Source: a virus
Taxonomy: Duplodnaviria > Heunggongvirae > Uroviricota > Caudoviricetes
Direction: 5' to 3' (one strand)
DNA length: 58,245 nt
Virus record (IMG/VR): IMGVR_UViG_3300026088_000011
Shown here: in pieces, positions 28,875-40,098 of the stretch
Layout of the letters: the number at the start of each line of letters is the position of its first letter
Position numbering within the stretch: position 1 is the stretch's first letter
The notes under the pieces: generated by a model
Told to the model about the DNA's origin: nothing
Databases searched by the model: none
Seen by the model: only the letters and a program-made list of their open reading frames with translations
Made by a program: the position numbers and the translations under genes

Positions 28875-31800
28875 TGCCTGAAACACCTTTATTAAATGAA
28901 CAAGCATTGCAAGATGCTTCTCAAACATATTCCCCTCCTCAAGACGTAAATCTCCCTAACATTCCATTTAAGGGTTTTGACACTTCCTTGCTTCCAAGTG
29001 AAGGCGGTAAACCTACACCCTCTGCATTAAGTGCATTGGAGAATAAGTTATTTTCTATTTCTAATAATGGAGATGGTAAAATAACAGGTGGATCTATTCC
29101 TAGAAGTTTAGCAGAAGTTAGTTCTGATAGGTATGACCAATATGTTCCTGGAGAATATAATAATGAAGATGCTTATGCCTTAGGTCAAGGATGGCCTTCT
29201 AAAATGGTGAATGGTGTAGGAAAGGGATTATCCTTAACTGCTACAACATTCCTTCAATCTACAGCAGGAATGGTAAATGGAATAGCTAAAGCATCTATGG
29301 ATGGTAGAGCTGCTTCCTTTTACGATAATGAATTTAATAGAAATCTTGATGAATTTAACAAACAATTAGAAAATATTCTCCCTAATTATTACACAGATGG
29401 AGAAAAACAAGCTAATTGGTATTCTCCTAAGAAGTTAATAACAGCTAATTTCTTATGGGATGGTATTGTTAAAAACATGGGATTTGCAGCAGGAGCATAC
29501 CTATCAGGTGGTGTATATGCTACAGGATTAAAATCTCTATCAGCTCTCCCAGGAATGACTAAATTATTCTCTGTAGGAAGAGCTGCTGAAACATTAGCTG
29601 CTACAGAAGAAGCCTTATTATCTGCGGATAAAGCTGCTTCTACTTATGGACAAATAGAATCTCTTTCTAATAGGTTTCTTAACACATATAATGTTCTAAA
29701 TAAAGGACAAAGGGTATTAGTTGCTGGATTGGCTACAACAGGAGAAGCAGGATTTGAAGCCTATTACAATCTTAATGATTTTAGAGATAGGAAGATTCAA
29801 GAATATAAAGATAGTCATGATGGTTGGGGTCCAATTGGTGGAGATTTAGAAGCTATTAATTCTGCATCAGATAATGTAGGAAATAGCTCTTTTCTATTAA
29901 ACACTGCTCTTTTAACAGCTACGAACTATATACAATTTCCTAAAATCTTAGGATCTTCTAGTAAAGCAGAAAGAGGACTTATAGCTTCTACTACAACCAA
30001 AGAAATAGGGAATATAACAAAGAATGAAGCTGGTCAATTTATCAAACAAGAAGCCAAAACCAGAACAGGTAGAATCCTATCTACTATAAATGGAATTAGA
30101 CCTTACACATTCTCAACCTCTGAAGGATTTGAAGAGGGTGCTCAATACGCTATTTCTCAAGGAGTAGATGATTATTATAACAAGAAATATAATAACCAAA
30201 ACACTGATTGGTTAGAATCTGTATTTAAAGGAATTAACCAAACTATAGGCACTAATGAAGGAATGGAAAATGTCCTTATTGGTGGCTTATCTGGAGCATT
30301 AATGTTAGGAAGAGGTAAATTCCAAGAATCTTCCCAAATAAAACAGAATACAGCAGATGCTATTGCTAAATTTAATGGTTTCCAATTATCTGATTTCACA
30401 AAATCCACAGTAGATGCTGTAAATAGGGGTACTGTATTACAAGAAGAAAGAGAAGCTTCTCTTAGAAGAGGAGATGTTCTTGAAGCCAAAGACAAAGAAC
30501 AAGATTATATTATCAACTATTTATCTCCTAGAATTAAATATGGTAGATATGATTTAGTACAAAGTGATATTAATCAGTATAAACAATTAGCTTCTACACA
30601 AGAAGGATACTCACAATTACAAGCAGATGGGAAAGCTCTACAAGGAGATTCCAGACTAGCTTATTTACAAAGACTTGCTAATTTAGAGGATGTTTCAAGA
30701 CATATAAAAGGACTTTATGAATCTCTTCAAATAAGATATGGTAATCTTACTAAAGATGGTAAACCTGTTTATACTCCAGAAGTAGTAGATAAAATGGTAT
30801 ATGCTGCTTCTAAAGTAGCAGACTATGATAGACGTATTCCTCAAATATCTACATCTTTAGCCTTGAAAGGTATTCTTATAGATGAAGTGATAAATGATTT
30901 AGCAAAAGGTAAATCTGAAAAATATAATGAAACCTTTGACAAAATACAGGACTTAAATGAGGTGACAGGTTGGAATAGAGCTAATGATGATGAAAAAGAA
31001 GAATTAATAAGAGACTTAAATGATGTATCTGAAATGTCTTTAAGGAGACAACTTTTCCTTAAAGAATATAATGATATTAAGAAAAATCCATCTAGTTTCA
31101 AATCTTCCTTTGAAGAGCTTATCAATCCTAAAGCTACAATAGATCAACAAGTTCTTAAAGAAGGAAATGAGAAGAAAACTACTATTCAAAAGGAATTAGA
31201 AATTGGTAAGGAATATCCATTAGTTCAATCTTTAAGAAGAGAAGCTAACACTCTTCAATTATCTCCAAAACTCACCATCCTATCTAGAACTATAGGAGGA
31301 AAATATCAAGTGAAACTTCCTAATGGAGATATAGCTTATTTAACTCCTGAACAGTTTAAAGATTATGAAATAGGAGAAAAGGACAATACAGTTCCTGAAT
31401 ATGAAGGACTTTTAGATAAGTCTATAGATAATGTACTATCCACAGAAAAATACAAAGATTTAAAATCTCCTGAAAAGAATAAACTTCAATATATTAATTC
31501 CCTGGATAATAAGGAATTAATTGATGACATTGAAACAGAATTCAAGAAACAATCAGAAGAACTAGTAAAGCAGAAACTTAAGGAAGAAAAGGTATTAAAG
31601 AATAAAAGTCTTCAAAAGGAAATATTAGGTAGTGCTGATCCTGGATTACAAACTGTTACCTCTGAAGCTTCTTATGAACCAACTCCTAGAAAATCAGATA
31701 TTACTATAGTTACTTCTACAAAACCTGCCGGAAAATCAATACTTCCACATCATATAAGAAGTAATAAGTTTGGATCTAATTTAGATAAATTCCCTAATAG

Positions 31801-34800
31801 ACAGAAGATTAAAAGTGTACTTATCACTTCTAAGAATGAAGATGAGATGGGTCTTAAAGGACTCACTACATTCTTAAAAGGAACCTCTGATGTAGATACT
31901 TCTAAGATAGTAGCTGTAGTAATGGTGGAAAATGGTAAGCCTGTAGGAGAAGATGGTAAAGAATTAGAATTTCCAACTATGGACAATATCATTGTACAAG
32001 TGATGCCCGATCCTAAATTAGAATGGAGCAAGGAATTTGGTGGAGGAACTATGTTCAGAAAAGATACTACTCCTGAACAAATAGAATATTACAAGAAACA
32101 ATATATAGAGTGGGTAAATTCTATATTAGAGAAACCTTCTTTGTTGGAACATTCTATTATTGCCTCATTTGGTATACCTGAATATGTTACTAGAAAAGAT
32201 GATAAGGGTGATTTAAAAAGAGATTTTAAAGCTAAAGTCAGTGTAGAAGAAGCAGGACTTATAGCCTCATCAGATCTTACAGAAAAGCCTTTAATATTCA
32301 TTCCTACTACAGATACCACTGTAGAGAAAGGAAGTGTATCATTTACTAGTCCTTTAGGTAGACCTTTCTTGAATCTTCCTAATGGATATGTTAAATTAGA
32401 TAATAGAAAAATTACAGAAAAGGAAGCTTCTACAATTTATGAAGCTATTCATGAGCTAGCCAAAGATATATTTGATAATGGAGATGTTCAATCAGAGAAA
32501 TCTAAAAGACTCATAAATTGGCTTAAATCTATCATTTATTGGGGATCTCCTAAAAATAAAGCAGGGTTTAGTAGTATATGGTTTAGTACTATAAATGGAG
32601 AACTTTCTCTATCTATATCTGGACAAGATAAAACATATCCTTTTGTTCCTTCCTCTATAGAGGATAACAAGGAGGAAATTATCACTCTTCTAGAAGGAAT
32701 GTATAATAATGTTAATTCTGGACTTACTGATAAAGCCAATTTATGGAATGCTCCTTATGAGCAAATTCTTTCTATTTCTCCAGAAGGCGTTATAGAAAGC
32801 AAACAATGGCAAAACTATCAAACTTACCTTCTATCTAAGGAAGGTAGAAAAGCAGAAGAATTACCACTTTCTACTAACATGAAACCTATTACAGGAGACA
32901 GCGTTAATAGACATGGTATATATTTCACATTAATTGATACAGTAGATAATTATGCAAATGCTCCAAAGAAAGCTATTATTGCTCCTGTTGCTAAAGAGGA
33001 AACTCCTAAGGAAGGTTATATTTTGGATGGTAAGAAACGCAACACTTACACCTCCCCAGAAGGGAAAAATATAGATTTTGTAGCCACTCCTGATGGTAAT
33101 ATTAGAGTGTTAAAAGGAGGAGATTTAGCAGAAGTATTAGCGTCTCTTACAGAGAAAGTAGGAGAAGAGAAAGCTAAACAATCTATAGAATCTAGAATTA
33201 AAGCTTCTATAGCTCCCCAACTAGAAGTAAAAACTCCTAGGAAATCAATATTTACAAAGACTGAAAAGCCTATAATAGAAGGTAGAAAACCTGCTATTAT
33301 TACTAGTGGTCCTATAGAGGAGAAAATGGAATTCTCTGTAGATGATTTAGATGATGAAACAGTATTAAGGGTGGTTAAAGAAGAACCTCTTAAATATTTC
33401 ACTCCTGAAAACTGGGAAGAAACTTCAAAGTGGTTAAAGTCCAACTTCCCTAATGTTCCTGTATATAGAGTAAAGAATGTTATTCAGGCTACTAATGGGC
33501 AGCAAGCTTGGGGTATGTTTAAAAATGGTGCTATCTATGCATATGAAAATGCAGAAGTAGGTACTGTTTATCATGAAGTATTTGAAGCTGTATGGAAGAT
33601 GTTTTCTGATAAACAGGAGCAATCTGATGTATTAAATGAATTCAAGAATAGAACAGGGTCCTTTGTAGATAGACCTACAGGTAAAACCATTAAATATTCT
33701 GAAGCCATAGATAGTCAAGCAAAAGAACAACTAGCTGAAGAATTCAGAGATTTTGTATTAAATAAGAAGATTCCTCAAAAAGCTGCTTCTGGAAAACATT
33801 TCATTATAAAACTATTTAATGATTTAGTGGACTTTATAAAGTCTTTCTTCACAGGAAATAAAGCTAAAAGTAATACAGAGAAGCTATTTGATAAAATAGG
33901 AAGAGGGTATTACAAACAAGTAGTTCCTCACCAACAACAATTGAGTTTTGCTAATTCAGGATTTATTGATCTAGAACATGCTTATACAGACAATTTTAGT
34001 GAATTCCGTATAAAGAATATTCCTGCTGATGTAGTAAATGACATTATGCAGCATATGACCTATCTCACTCTCACTGATCTTATTAAGGATAATAAGAGTC
34101 TGTTCTCTATTCCCAAGATAGGAAAGGAAGAACTATATTCTAGACTCAAAACTAGATTTACTAAAATAGCTGAACAATCCCAAGAATGGGATGAACTAGT
34201 AAAGAAACACCAAGAATATCTTAAAACCTATTCTATTGAATTTGATGATAATGATGATGTTATTTTAAAAGATGAGGATGCTTCTAAAAAGGGAGATTAT
34301 CAAGATGCTACGAAAATAGATATATTTAAGAAAGCTAATAGTGCTGTAAAACTTCTTCTTTCTACTATTCCAATGGTGGATAATGATGGTAAACTCATCA
34401 GATCTACAATAGGAGGAGTTAAACTCTTACCTACTAGTCAAGTATTTATGGCTCTTATGAACACTCTTCACACTTCTAGAAGTATAGATGAGATGATGGA
34501 AAGGGTGAAGGAAATGTCAGAAGATGACAATAATTATAAAACCCTATATAATAGACTTACAAAGAACACATCTGACTTATCAGAAATCTCTGAAATACAT
34601 GATGGTCAATTATTATCTGCCTTTTGGAGAACATTTAAGAAACAGTCTCCTGATGTAAAGAATGTTTATATATTTGATAATGGAGATGCAGAAGTGGGAG
34701 ACTCTAATTTATCTAGTGCAGCTAGACAAATTAGTAGTGATTATGGGAATGAGATAGTAAAAGTGGTAAAAAGTAAAAACCCTTATTTTGAGTATTCTAA

Positions 34801-37800
34801 TAAGGAAAAAGCTTATATTGGTAAACCTTCTGGGGTTAAATCTGTTTCCTTATCTACTGATCAAAATAGAGTGAATTTCCTAAAATCATTAGGAATAGAA
34901 TTCAAAGTGAGTGAACTTTCTAAACTATCCCCAGACAAAATTGATAGTTTTAGAGAAGCTACAGCAGGTATAAAGAAGAGTATTGAGAAAGCTGAAAAAA
35001 TAGCTACAGTGAGCAGAAAGGTGTTAGATATTAAGGGTAGGTTAATGCAACTTTCCCTTATCAGAGCATCTATTGATAATCCTGAATTTGATAGTACATT
35101 TTTTAATGTAAAAGGTGAAAGAACACAAACCTTCATAGGAACCAATCCTGTAAGTGACTTATTTGATGTTCTCTCTCAAATAACCAATAAAAGGCAACTT
35201 ATCAATACTCCTTATGAATATCTATTGACTGATAGTTTTTCACAAGGAAGTGTAATCCTAGATAAGATATTCAATCCTACTACAGGAAATAGAATTAAAG
35301 GAGGAGAACAACTCATCCATCCTGGATATGCTGATGGTACTATTAATACAGAAAATGGTAAGAAGAAACAATCTGCCAAATTGACATATAAAGAAAGACT
35401 AGTACAAGAAATAAATCTTAATCTAAAAGGATACTATTACAATCTTGTACCTGGAGATGCTTCTATGGAATGGATGGTGTACATGGGAAATCATGTTTCT
35501 CCTGATGCCTTGTTGTCTGGATTCTCGCAAGTACATACTATATTTAAAAACTACTTTATATCAGAATTAGAACTCTCTAGAGAAGATAGATCTACAGCCA
35601 AAAAGAAGAATTCAGAAGACTTAAGATTTTTAAAGTCTATACTTGGAGCTGAATTACAAACTTCTATATTAAAGGAAAAAGGTACTCCTGAGGAGATATA
35701 TGAAAAATATACATCACAGATAAACAAAGCTGTAGAGGCTTTTATTAAACAAGAATCTACTAATTTAAAATCTCTTCTTTCAAAATACTCTATTATCAAA
35801 GAATCTGCTGAAGGATATGAAGTTGAGAATCTTTCATTCTCTGAAGGAGATAATATCAAAGAAGCTACGTTAGATAGACAATTGAACGCTCTAACAATCA
35901 ATTATGTAATTAATAATATAGAGCTTCACAAGTTATTATATTCTGATCCTTATCAATATTCTGATGAATTAAAACGTATTAAAAATGCCAATTCTCCTAG
36001 ACAGGCTATAATCAATAATTCTCCTAATTTCAATAAGTCTTTAAACAAGATGTGGAATAAAGGATATGACAAAGATGATGTAGGATATACTGATATGACC
36101 AGAGACTATTTTAGAACCATCACATCTGAAGATGTTGTATCCAGTTCTGATTTAAAGGATTATGGAAATTTTGAGGAAACTGATGGTGGAGGTATAATTT
36201 CTATGAAAGCCTATAGATGGTTTAGGATCAAGGCAGGTGAATGGAACGATGATGAGGAAAAACAGTATAGGTATGATGTAGCTTTTGAAAAGGATAAGAA
36301 GAATCTCCCTTTATCATGGGAAGAACAATCTCTTTTAAATGGAACCAATCCTGAAGTACAGAGTGCTTACACTCCTATTAAACCTATTGTATTTGGAAAT
36401 AAATTATCCAATAAGAATTATAATGATATTGTATTGGATAAATTTGCTCTCTACCCTCTTTCTTATAGAATATCTTATTCTCTAAATCCTGAGAGTAATG
36501 CAATTAAGCATTATAATAAAATGCAATCTGAGAATATTGATTATTCTGTATTTCAATCAGGTAGAAAAGTGGGTTCTGAAGGAATAAATCCTCTTTATAA
36601 TGAGGATGGTTCATTTAATGAAAACCCATATGAAGCCATTATAAACATTTCTCATGGTATAATTTCTATACAATCTGAAGTTCCTTCTAAGGATGAGCCA
36701 ATTGTAACAAGAGGATCACAAATTACTAAACTTGTTACTATGGACTTTATGGAAGCTGGAGTTCCTATAGATTTCAATAAAGGTAAAAACTACACAGAAA
36801 GATTTAATGAATGGAGCAAATTGTCAGAAGCTCAAAGACTAAACAAATCCCCTTTATATAAGGAAATAAAGAATAACCAAAAGCTTCTAGAGAGTATTAT
36901 CGATCAAGGGTATTCTTCTCTTCTTACAAGAATGGGTATTGAAGAAACAAAAGATGGCACTTTTATCATTAAAGATTTTGATAAGATAGCTAATACCCTT
37001 AAGGATGAAGTATTAAAAAGAGAGGTAAATGACAATATTATTGATGCCTTTGAAGGATTTAAGAATGGGGATGTTGTATTAGAAGCCACTCCTGCTTACC
37101 AACAAATTCGTAATGTACTATATTCTATAGCTGACAAAAACGTTATTTCTCCTAAGATTTCAGGAGGTCAAAAAGTGCAAATTCCCTCTACTTTACTAGA
37201 GTCAGTTAGAGCCAAGAAAGAAAAAGGAGCTTATACATCTGATGTATTGAGATTTTATGAAGATAAAGATGGTAAAAGAACTTGTGAAATAATGGTGGGG
37301 AAATGGTTTAAAAGTCCTCTTTCTGATGAAGAACTTATTAACTATTTGAATAAAACCAAAGAAGGGCAATCTCTATTATCTGGTGTGGCATACAGAATTC
37401 CTACACAGAAACAAAACTCTATCGATTCCTTTGTAATTAAACAATTCCTTCCTAGGGAATTTGGAGACTCTGTTATTATTCCTTCAGCTCTTGTTAAGAA
37501 GGTAGGATCTGACTTTGATATTGATAAACTCTTCATCTATTTCAAAAATACATATAGTAACATCAAAGGTAATTTGAAAGAGATTCCTTTTTTAGGATTT
37601 GGAGAAGAGGCTAAAAACAAGTTTTCTGAACTTTATGAGCAAGGAGAGTTCTTAAATAAAGAACAAAGAGAAAGAGTAAATAAGTGGATAAAGGCTAAAC
37701 AAGAAGATGAAAGTAAAGATACCCTATCTAAACTAGCTACAGATATATTTGGAGAAGATGCTTTTGATCAAGAGGTGATAGATGACTTTTTAGAGTCAAA

Positions 37801-40081
37801 TTCAAATGAAGAACTTAAAAACAAGATTGTTGAGCAGATGTATAAAAAATCGCTCGAAAATCAATATATTCAGTCTTTACAGAACCTTATATCTCATCCT
37901 GAGAATTTTGAGAATCTTATAAAACCTAACTCTGCTGATCAATTAAAAGCTTTAGCAAAGGAGGTTACTAAGAAACTTGGATTTGAAGAATTCACATATG
38001 ATGATCCAGGAAATATGCTTAATAGACACTTTATGTCTAGATTAAGACATGCTTTTGTATCAGGAAAATATGCTATTGGTATAGCTGCTGTTAACCAAAC
38101 TAACCATTCTTTGAACCAAAGACAACCTATTTATATAGACCAAGAAAGATGGGATTTATTAATACCCGAAGATAAATATTGGTTATCTGGAGGAACTATG
38201 AATAAGGAAGATGTTTCTATAAAGTTCAAAAACTACAATAAAATACAAATAGGAGAGAAGGAATACCCCACACTCTCTATGATAAAGAACTCTAAAGGAG
38301 AAAATATTTCAGATATTATAGGTCAATTTATCGATGGATATGTGGATATTTCTAAAGGTCCTTGGATTATGGAATTAGGAGCTGCTCCAAATGTGGCATC
38401 CACATGGTTATTTTTAACAAAATTAGGTGTTCCTATTCAAGAAATAGCCTATTTCATGAATCAACCCATTGTCAAAGATTATCTTGATTCTATAGAAAAT
38501 GCAGGATATTCATGGTTGTTTATTGAAGATTTTGTGAATGATATTAAAGAGTCTGATAAATACAATACTACTCCTTCAGAACTTAAGAAAATAAAAGATA
38601 TACCTTCGAATTTAGGAGAATTGGTAGGAAAAGAGAAACTTTCTCCTCAAGAAAAAGCACAACAACAATTCATACTAAATGAATTCTTGAAATATGCTAA
38701 AATGGCTAACCATTCATTCCTTGTAACTCAAGGAGCTAATTGGGATACAGCCAATTTCAATGATCCTTATTTAGTATTTAAAAAGAATGAACAGTTTAAA
38801 AAAGCTCAATCTACTATTATTTCTTCAGTAAATGACTTAATTAAGAACTCCTTTGTAGGAAAATTAAGTGAGAGTATTGGAAAAGTTAGAAATGCATATT
38901 CCACAATATTAACTTCTGATAAGAAAAATGTTAGAAAAGTAGTAGAAGATGTACTGCGTCCCTATATAGATACTAATGATAGAGATTTTGTTAAACTAGC
39001 TCAAAAAGCTGTAAATGACTTATTTGATTGGGCTGTTCAAAATGACAGAAAACTTAACAATCAAATACAAAAGATATTATTGTCTGACGAAAATACAGCC
39101 AAGGAAATGTCTGATTTTGTTATAAAGGTGAGAAAAGATGATAAACACCCATTACATAACAATCAAATTATTAAGCTTTTAACTCCTCATTTCTCTGAAA
39201 AGAATGAAGGGGTAAATAACCTTAAAATCAAGAATAAGGACAATAAGGTGTATGACCAAAATCAAATGATCTATGCATTCTCTGAATTAAGAACATTTTT
39301 ACAAAGTATAGAAAGTCCTTTATATGGATCATTAGTGAGATTAGCCGTTCTTCAAAGTGGATTATCAAATTCACCTATTTCCTTCACTTCTTTACTTCCT
39401 TATGAAGATTTTAAAAAGATTTACAATGAAACCTTGTCTACATTAGAAGAATATCCTAACTTAGCAGCTTTCAAGGAATTAGATGTATTCCAGAGAAACA
39501 ATTGGAATAATGATGATTTAGTACCTCAAAGAAGAGCTAAATGGAAGCAAAATAAGAATGGAGAATGGAAATATAATAATAACATGAAATTCTTCGGATA
39601 TAAAAGAGTGACAAAAGCTATAGAGAATGAAGATATTCCTCAATTAGTCAAAATCAATACTAAATCTAGAGAAGCAAATAATGATGTTATTGTATATACA
39701 TGGGAAATAGGTACTAAAGCAGAAAAGGATAAAAAGAAGAAAGAAGGGGATTACTCGTATATTAAGAAAGGATTGTTTAAAAAGGTGAAACAATACGGTG
39801 AGCCATATACAATATCCTTCTCTATAGGAGATGCTTTAATAAGTGACTATGTATACAAGGCTATAAACACGTGGGGAGATTCACACTCTTCTGATGGTAT
39901 ATATTTTGGAGCTAATGAATTTTATGATGTAGCAAAACCTTCTATAATTGATAATGGATTTATAAAAGTGGAAAATGAAACAGATGATAGTACAATTCTT
40001 TCTTATTTCGAAAGTCCTGTAAAAGAAGCTTCTGTAGAGGAGGAAGATGATAGCAATTCAAATCTTCCATCGTGTAGTTGA
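28874..40081 (+). CDS. Virion-packaged RNA polymerase polyprotein (membrane-active N-region + zincin-like domain + two-barrel RNAP)
   Basis: 3735 aa; catalytic DFDID at 37511-37525 preceded by YRIPTQ, the signature of phi14:2 gp66-type crAss RNAPs; HEVFE at 33572-33586; hydrophobic Gly-rich helices in the first ~500 aa. Confidence 0.9.
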   Translation: MPETPLLNEQALQDASQTYSPPQDVNLPNIPFKGFDTSLLPSEGGKPTPSALSALENKLFSISNNGDGKITGGSIPRSLAEVSSDRYDQYVPGEYNNEDAYALGQGWPSKMVNGVGKGLSLTATTFLQSTAGMVNGIAKASMDGRAASFYDNEFNRNLDEFNKQLENILPNYYTDGEKQANWYSPKKLITANFLWDGIVKNMGFAAGAYLSGGVYATGLKSLSALPGMTKLFSVGRAAETLAATEEALLSADKAASTYGQIESLSNRFLNTYNVLNKGQRVLVAGLATTGEAGFEAYYNLNDFRDRKIQEYKDSHDGWGPIGGDLEAINSASDNVGNSSFLLNTALLTATNYIQFPKILGSSSKAERGLIASTTTKEIGNITKNEAGQFIKQEAKTRTGRILSTINGIRPYTFSTSEGFEEGAQYAISQGVDDYYNKKYNNQNTDWLESVFKGINQTIGTNEGMENVLIGGLSGALMLGRGKFQESSQIKQNTADAIAKFNGFQLSDFTKSTVDAVNRGTVLQEEREASLRRGDVLEAKDKEQDYIINYLSPRIKYGRYDLVQSDINQYKQLASTQEGYSQLQADGKALQGDSRLAYLQRLANLEDVSRHIKGLYESLQIRYGNLTKDGKPVYTPEVVDKMVYAASKVADYDRRIPQISTSLALKGILIDEVINDLAKGKSEKYNETFDKIQDLNEVTGWNRANDDEKEELIRDLNDVSEMSLRRQLFLKEYNDIKKNPSSFKSSFEELINPKATIDQQVLKEGNEKKTTIQKELEIGKEYPLVQSLRREANTLQLSPKLTILSRTIGGKYQVKLPNGDIAYLTPEQFKDYEIGEKDNTVPEYEGLLDKSIDNVLSTEKYKDLKSPEKNKLQYINSLDNKELIDDIETEFKKQSEELVKQKLKEEKVLKNKSLQKEILGSADPGLQTVTSEASYEPTPRKSDITIVTSTKPAGKSILPHHIRSNKFGSNLDKFPNRQKIKSVLITSKNEDEMGLKGLTTFLKGTSDVDTSKIVAVVMVENGKPVGEDGKELEFPTMDNIIVQVMPDPKLEWSKEFGGGTMFRKDTTPEQIEYYKKQYIEWVNSILEKPSLLEHSIIASFGIPEYVTRKDDKGDLKRDFKAKVSVEEAGLIASSDLTEKPLIFIPTTDTTVEKGSVSFTSPLGRPFLNLPNGYVKLDNRKITEKEASTIYEAIHELAKDIFDNGDVQSEKSKRLINWLKSIIYWGSPKNKAGFSSIWFSTINGELSLSISGQDKTYPFVPSSIEDNKEEIITLLEGMYNNVNSGLTDKANLWNAPYEQILSISPEGVIESKQWQNYQTYLLSKEGRKAEELPLSTNMKPITGDSVNRHGIYFTLIDTVDNYANAPKKAIIAPVAKEETPKEGYILDGKKRNTYTSPEGKNIDFVATPDGNIRVLKGGDLAEVLASLTEKVGEEKAKQSIESRIKASIAPQLEVKTPRKSIFTKTEKPIIEGRKPAIITSGPIEEKMEFSVDDLDDETVLRVVKEEPLKYFTPENWEETSKWLKSNFPNVPVYRVKNVIQATNGQQAWGMFKNGAIYAYENAEVGTVYHEVFEAVWKMFSDKQEQSDVLNEFKNRTGSFVDRPTGKTIKYSEAIDSQAKEQLAEEFRDFVLNKKIPQKAASGKHFIIKLFNDLVDFIKSFFTGNKAKSNTEKLFDKIGRGYYKQVVPHQQQLSFANSGFIDLEHAYTDNFSEFRIKNIPADVVNDIMQHMTYLTLTDLIKDNKSLFSIPKIGKEELYSRLKTRFTKIAEQSQEWDELVKKHQEYLKTYSIEFDDNDDVILKDEDASKKGDYQDATKIDIFKKANSAVKLLLSTIPMVDNDGKLIRSTIGGVKLLPTSQVFMALMNTLHTSRSIDEMMERVKEMSEDDNNYKTLYNRLTKNTSDLSEISEIHDGQLLSAFWRTFKKQSPDVKNVYIFDNGDAEVGDSNLSSAARQISSDYGNEIVKVVKSKNPYFEYSNKEKAYIGKPSGVKSVSLSTDQNRVNFLKSLGIEFKVSELSKLSPDKIDSFREATAGIKKSIEKAEKIATVSRKVLDIKGRLMQLSLIRASIDNPEFDSTFFNVKGERTQTFIGTNPVSDLFDVLSQITNKRQLINTPYEYLLTDSFSQGSVILDKIFNPTTGNRIKGGEQLIHPGYADGTINTENGKKKQSAKLTYKERLVQEINLNLKGYYYNLVPGDASMEWMVYMGNHVSPDALLSGFSQVHTIFKNYFISELELSREDRSTAKKKNSEDLRFLKSILGAELQTSILKEKGTPEEIYEKYTSQINKAVEAFIKQESTNLKSLLSKYSIIKESAEGYEVENLSFSEGDNIKEATLDRQLNALTINYVINNIELHKLLYSDPYQYSDELKRIKNANSPRQAIINNSPNFNKSLNKMWNKGYDKDDVGYTDMTRDYFRTITSEDVVSSSDLKDYGNFEETDGGGIISMKAYRWFRIKAGEWNDDEEKQYRYDVAFEKDKKNLPLSWEEQSLLNGTNPEVQSAYTPIKPIVFGNKLSNKNYNDIVLDKFALYPLSYRISYSLNPESNAIKHYNKMQSENIDYSVFQSGRKVGSEGINPLYNEDGSFNENPYEAIINISHGIISIQSEVPSKDEPIVTRGSQITKLVTMDFMEAGVPIDFNKGKNYTERFNEWSKLSEAQRLNKSPLYKEIKNNQKLLESIIDQGYSSLLTRMGIEETKDGTFIIKDFDKIANTLKDEVLKREVNDNIIDAFEGFKNGDVVLEATPAYQQIRNVLYSIADKNVISPKISGGQKVQIPSTLLESVRAKKEKGAYTSDVLRFYEDKDGKRTCEIMVGKWFKSPLSDEELINYLNKTKEGQSLLSGVAYRIPTQKQNSIDSFVIKQFLPREFGDSVIIPSALVKKVGSDFDIDKLFIYFKNTYSNIKGNLKEIPFLGFGEEAKNKFSELYEQGEFLNKEQRERVNKWIKAKQEDESKDTLSKLATDIFGEDAFDQEVIDDFLESNSNEELKNKIVEQMYKKSLENQYIQSLQNLISHPENFENLIKPNSADQLKALAKEVTKKLGFEEFTYDDPGNMLNRHFMSRLRHAFVSGKYAIGIAAVNQTNHSLNQRQPIYIDQERWDLLIPEDKYWLSGGTMNKEDVSIKFKNYNKIQIGEKEYPTLSMIKNSKGENISDIIGQFIDGYVDISKGPWIMELGAAPNVASTWLFLTKLGVPIQEIAYFMNQPIVKDYLDSIENAGYSWLFIEDFVNDIKESDKYNTTPSELKKIKDIPSNLGELVGKEKLSPQEKAQQQFILNEFLKYAKMANHSFLVTQGANWDTANFNDPYLVFKKNEQFKKAQSTIISSVNDLIKNSFVGKLSESIGKVRNAYSTILTSDKKNVRKVVEDVLRPYIDTNDRDFVKLAQKAVNDLFDWAVQNDRKLNNQIQKILLSDENTAKEMSDFVIKVRKDDKHPLHNNQIIKLLTPHFSEKNEGVNNLKIKNKDNKVYDQNQMIYAFSELRTFLQSIESPLYGSLVRLAVLQSGLSNSPISFTSLLPYEDFKKIYNETLSTLEEYPNLAAFKELDVFQRNNWNNDDLVPQRRAKWKQNKNGEWKYNNNMKFFGYKRVTKAIENEDIPQLVKINTKSREANNDVIVYTWEIGTKAEKDKKKKEGDYSYIKKGLFKKVKQYGEPYTISFSIGDALISDYVYKAINTWGDSHSSDGIYFGANEFYDVAKPSIIDNGFIKVENETDDSTILSYFESPVKEASVEEEDDSNSNLPSCS

Positions 40082-40098
40082 AATTAAACCCTAATAAT

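Noticed and set aside
28874-40081. Intein or intron in the RNA polymerase
   Set aside because: Single open frame; no C/S...HN-C/S/T junction pair or endonuclease insert was recognised
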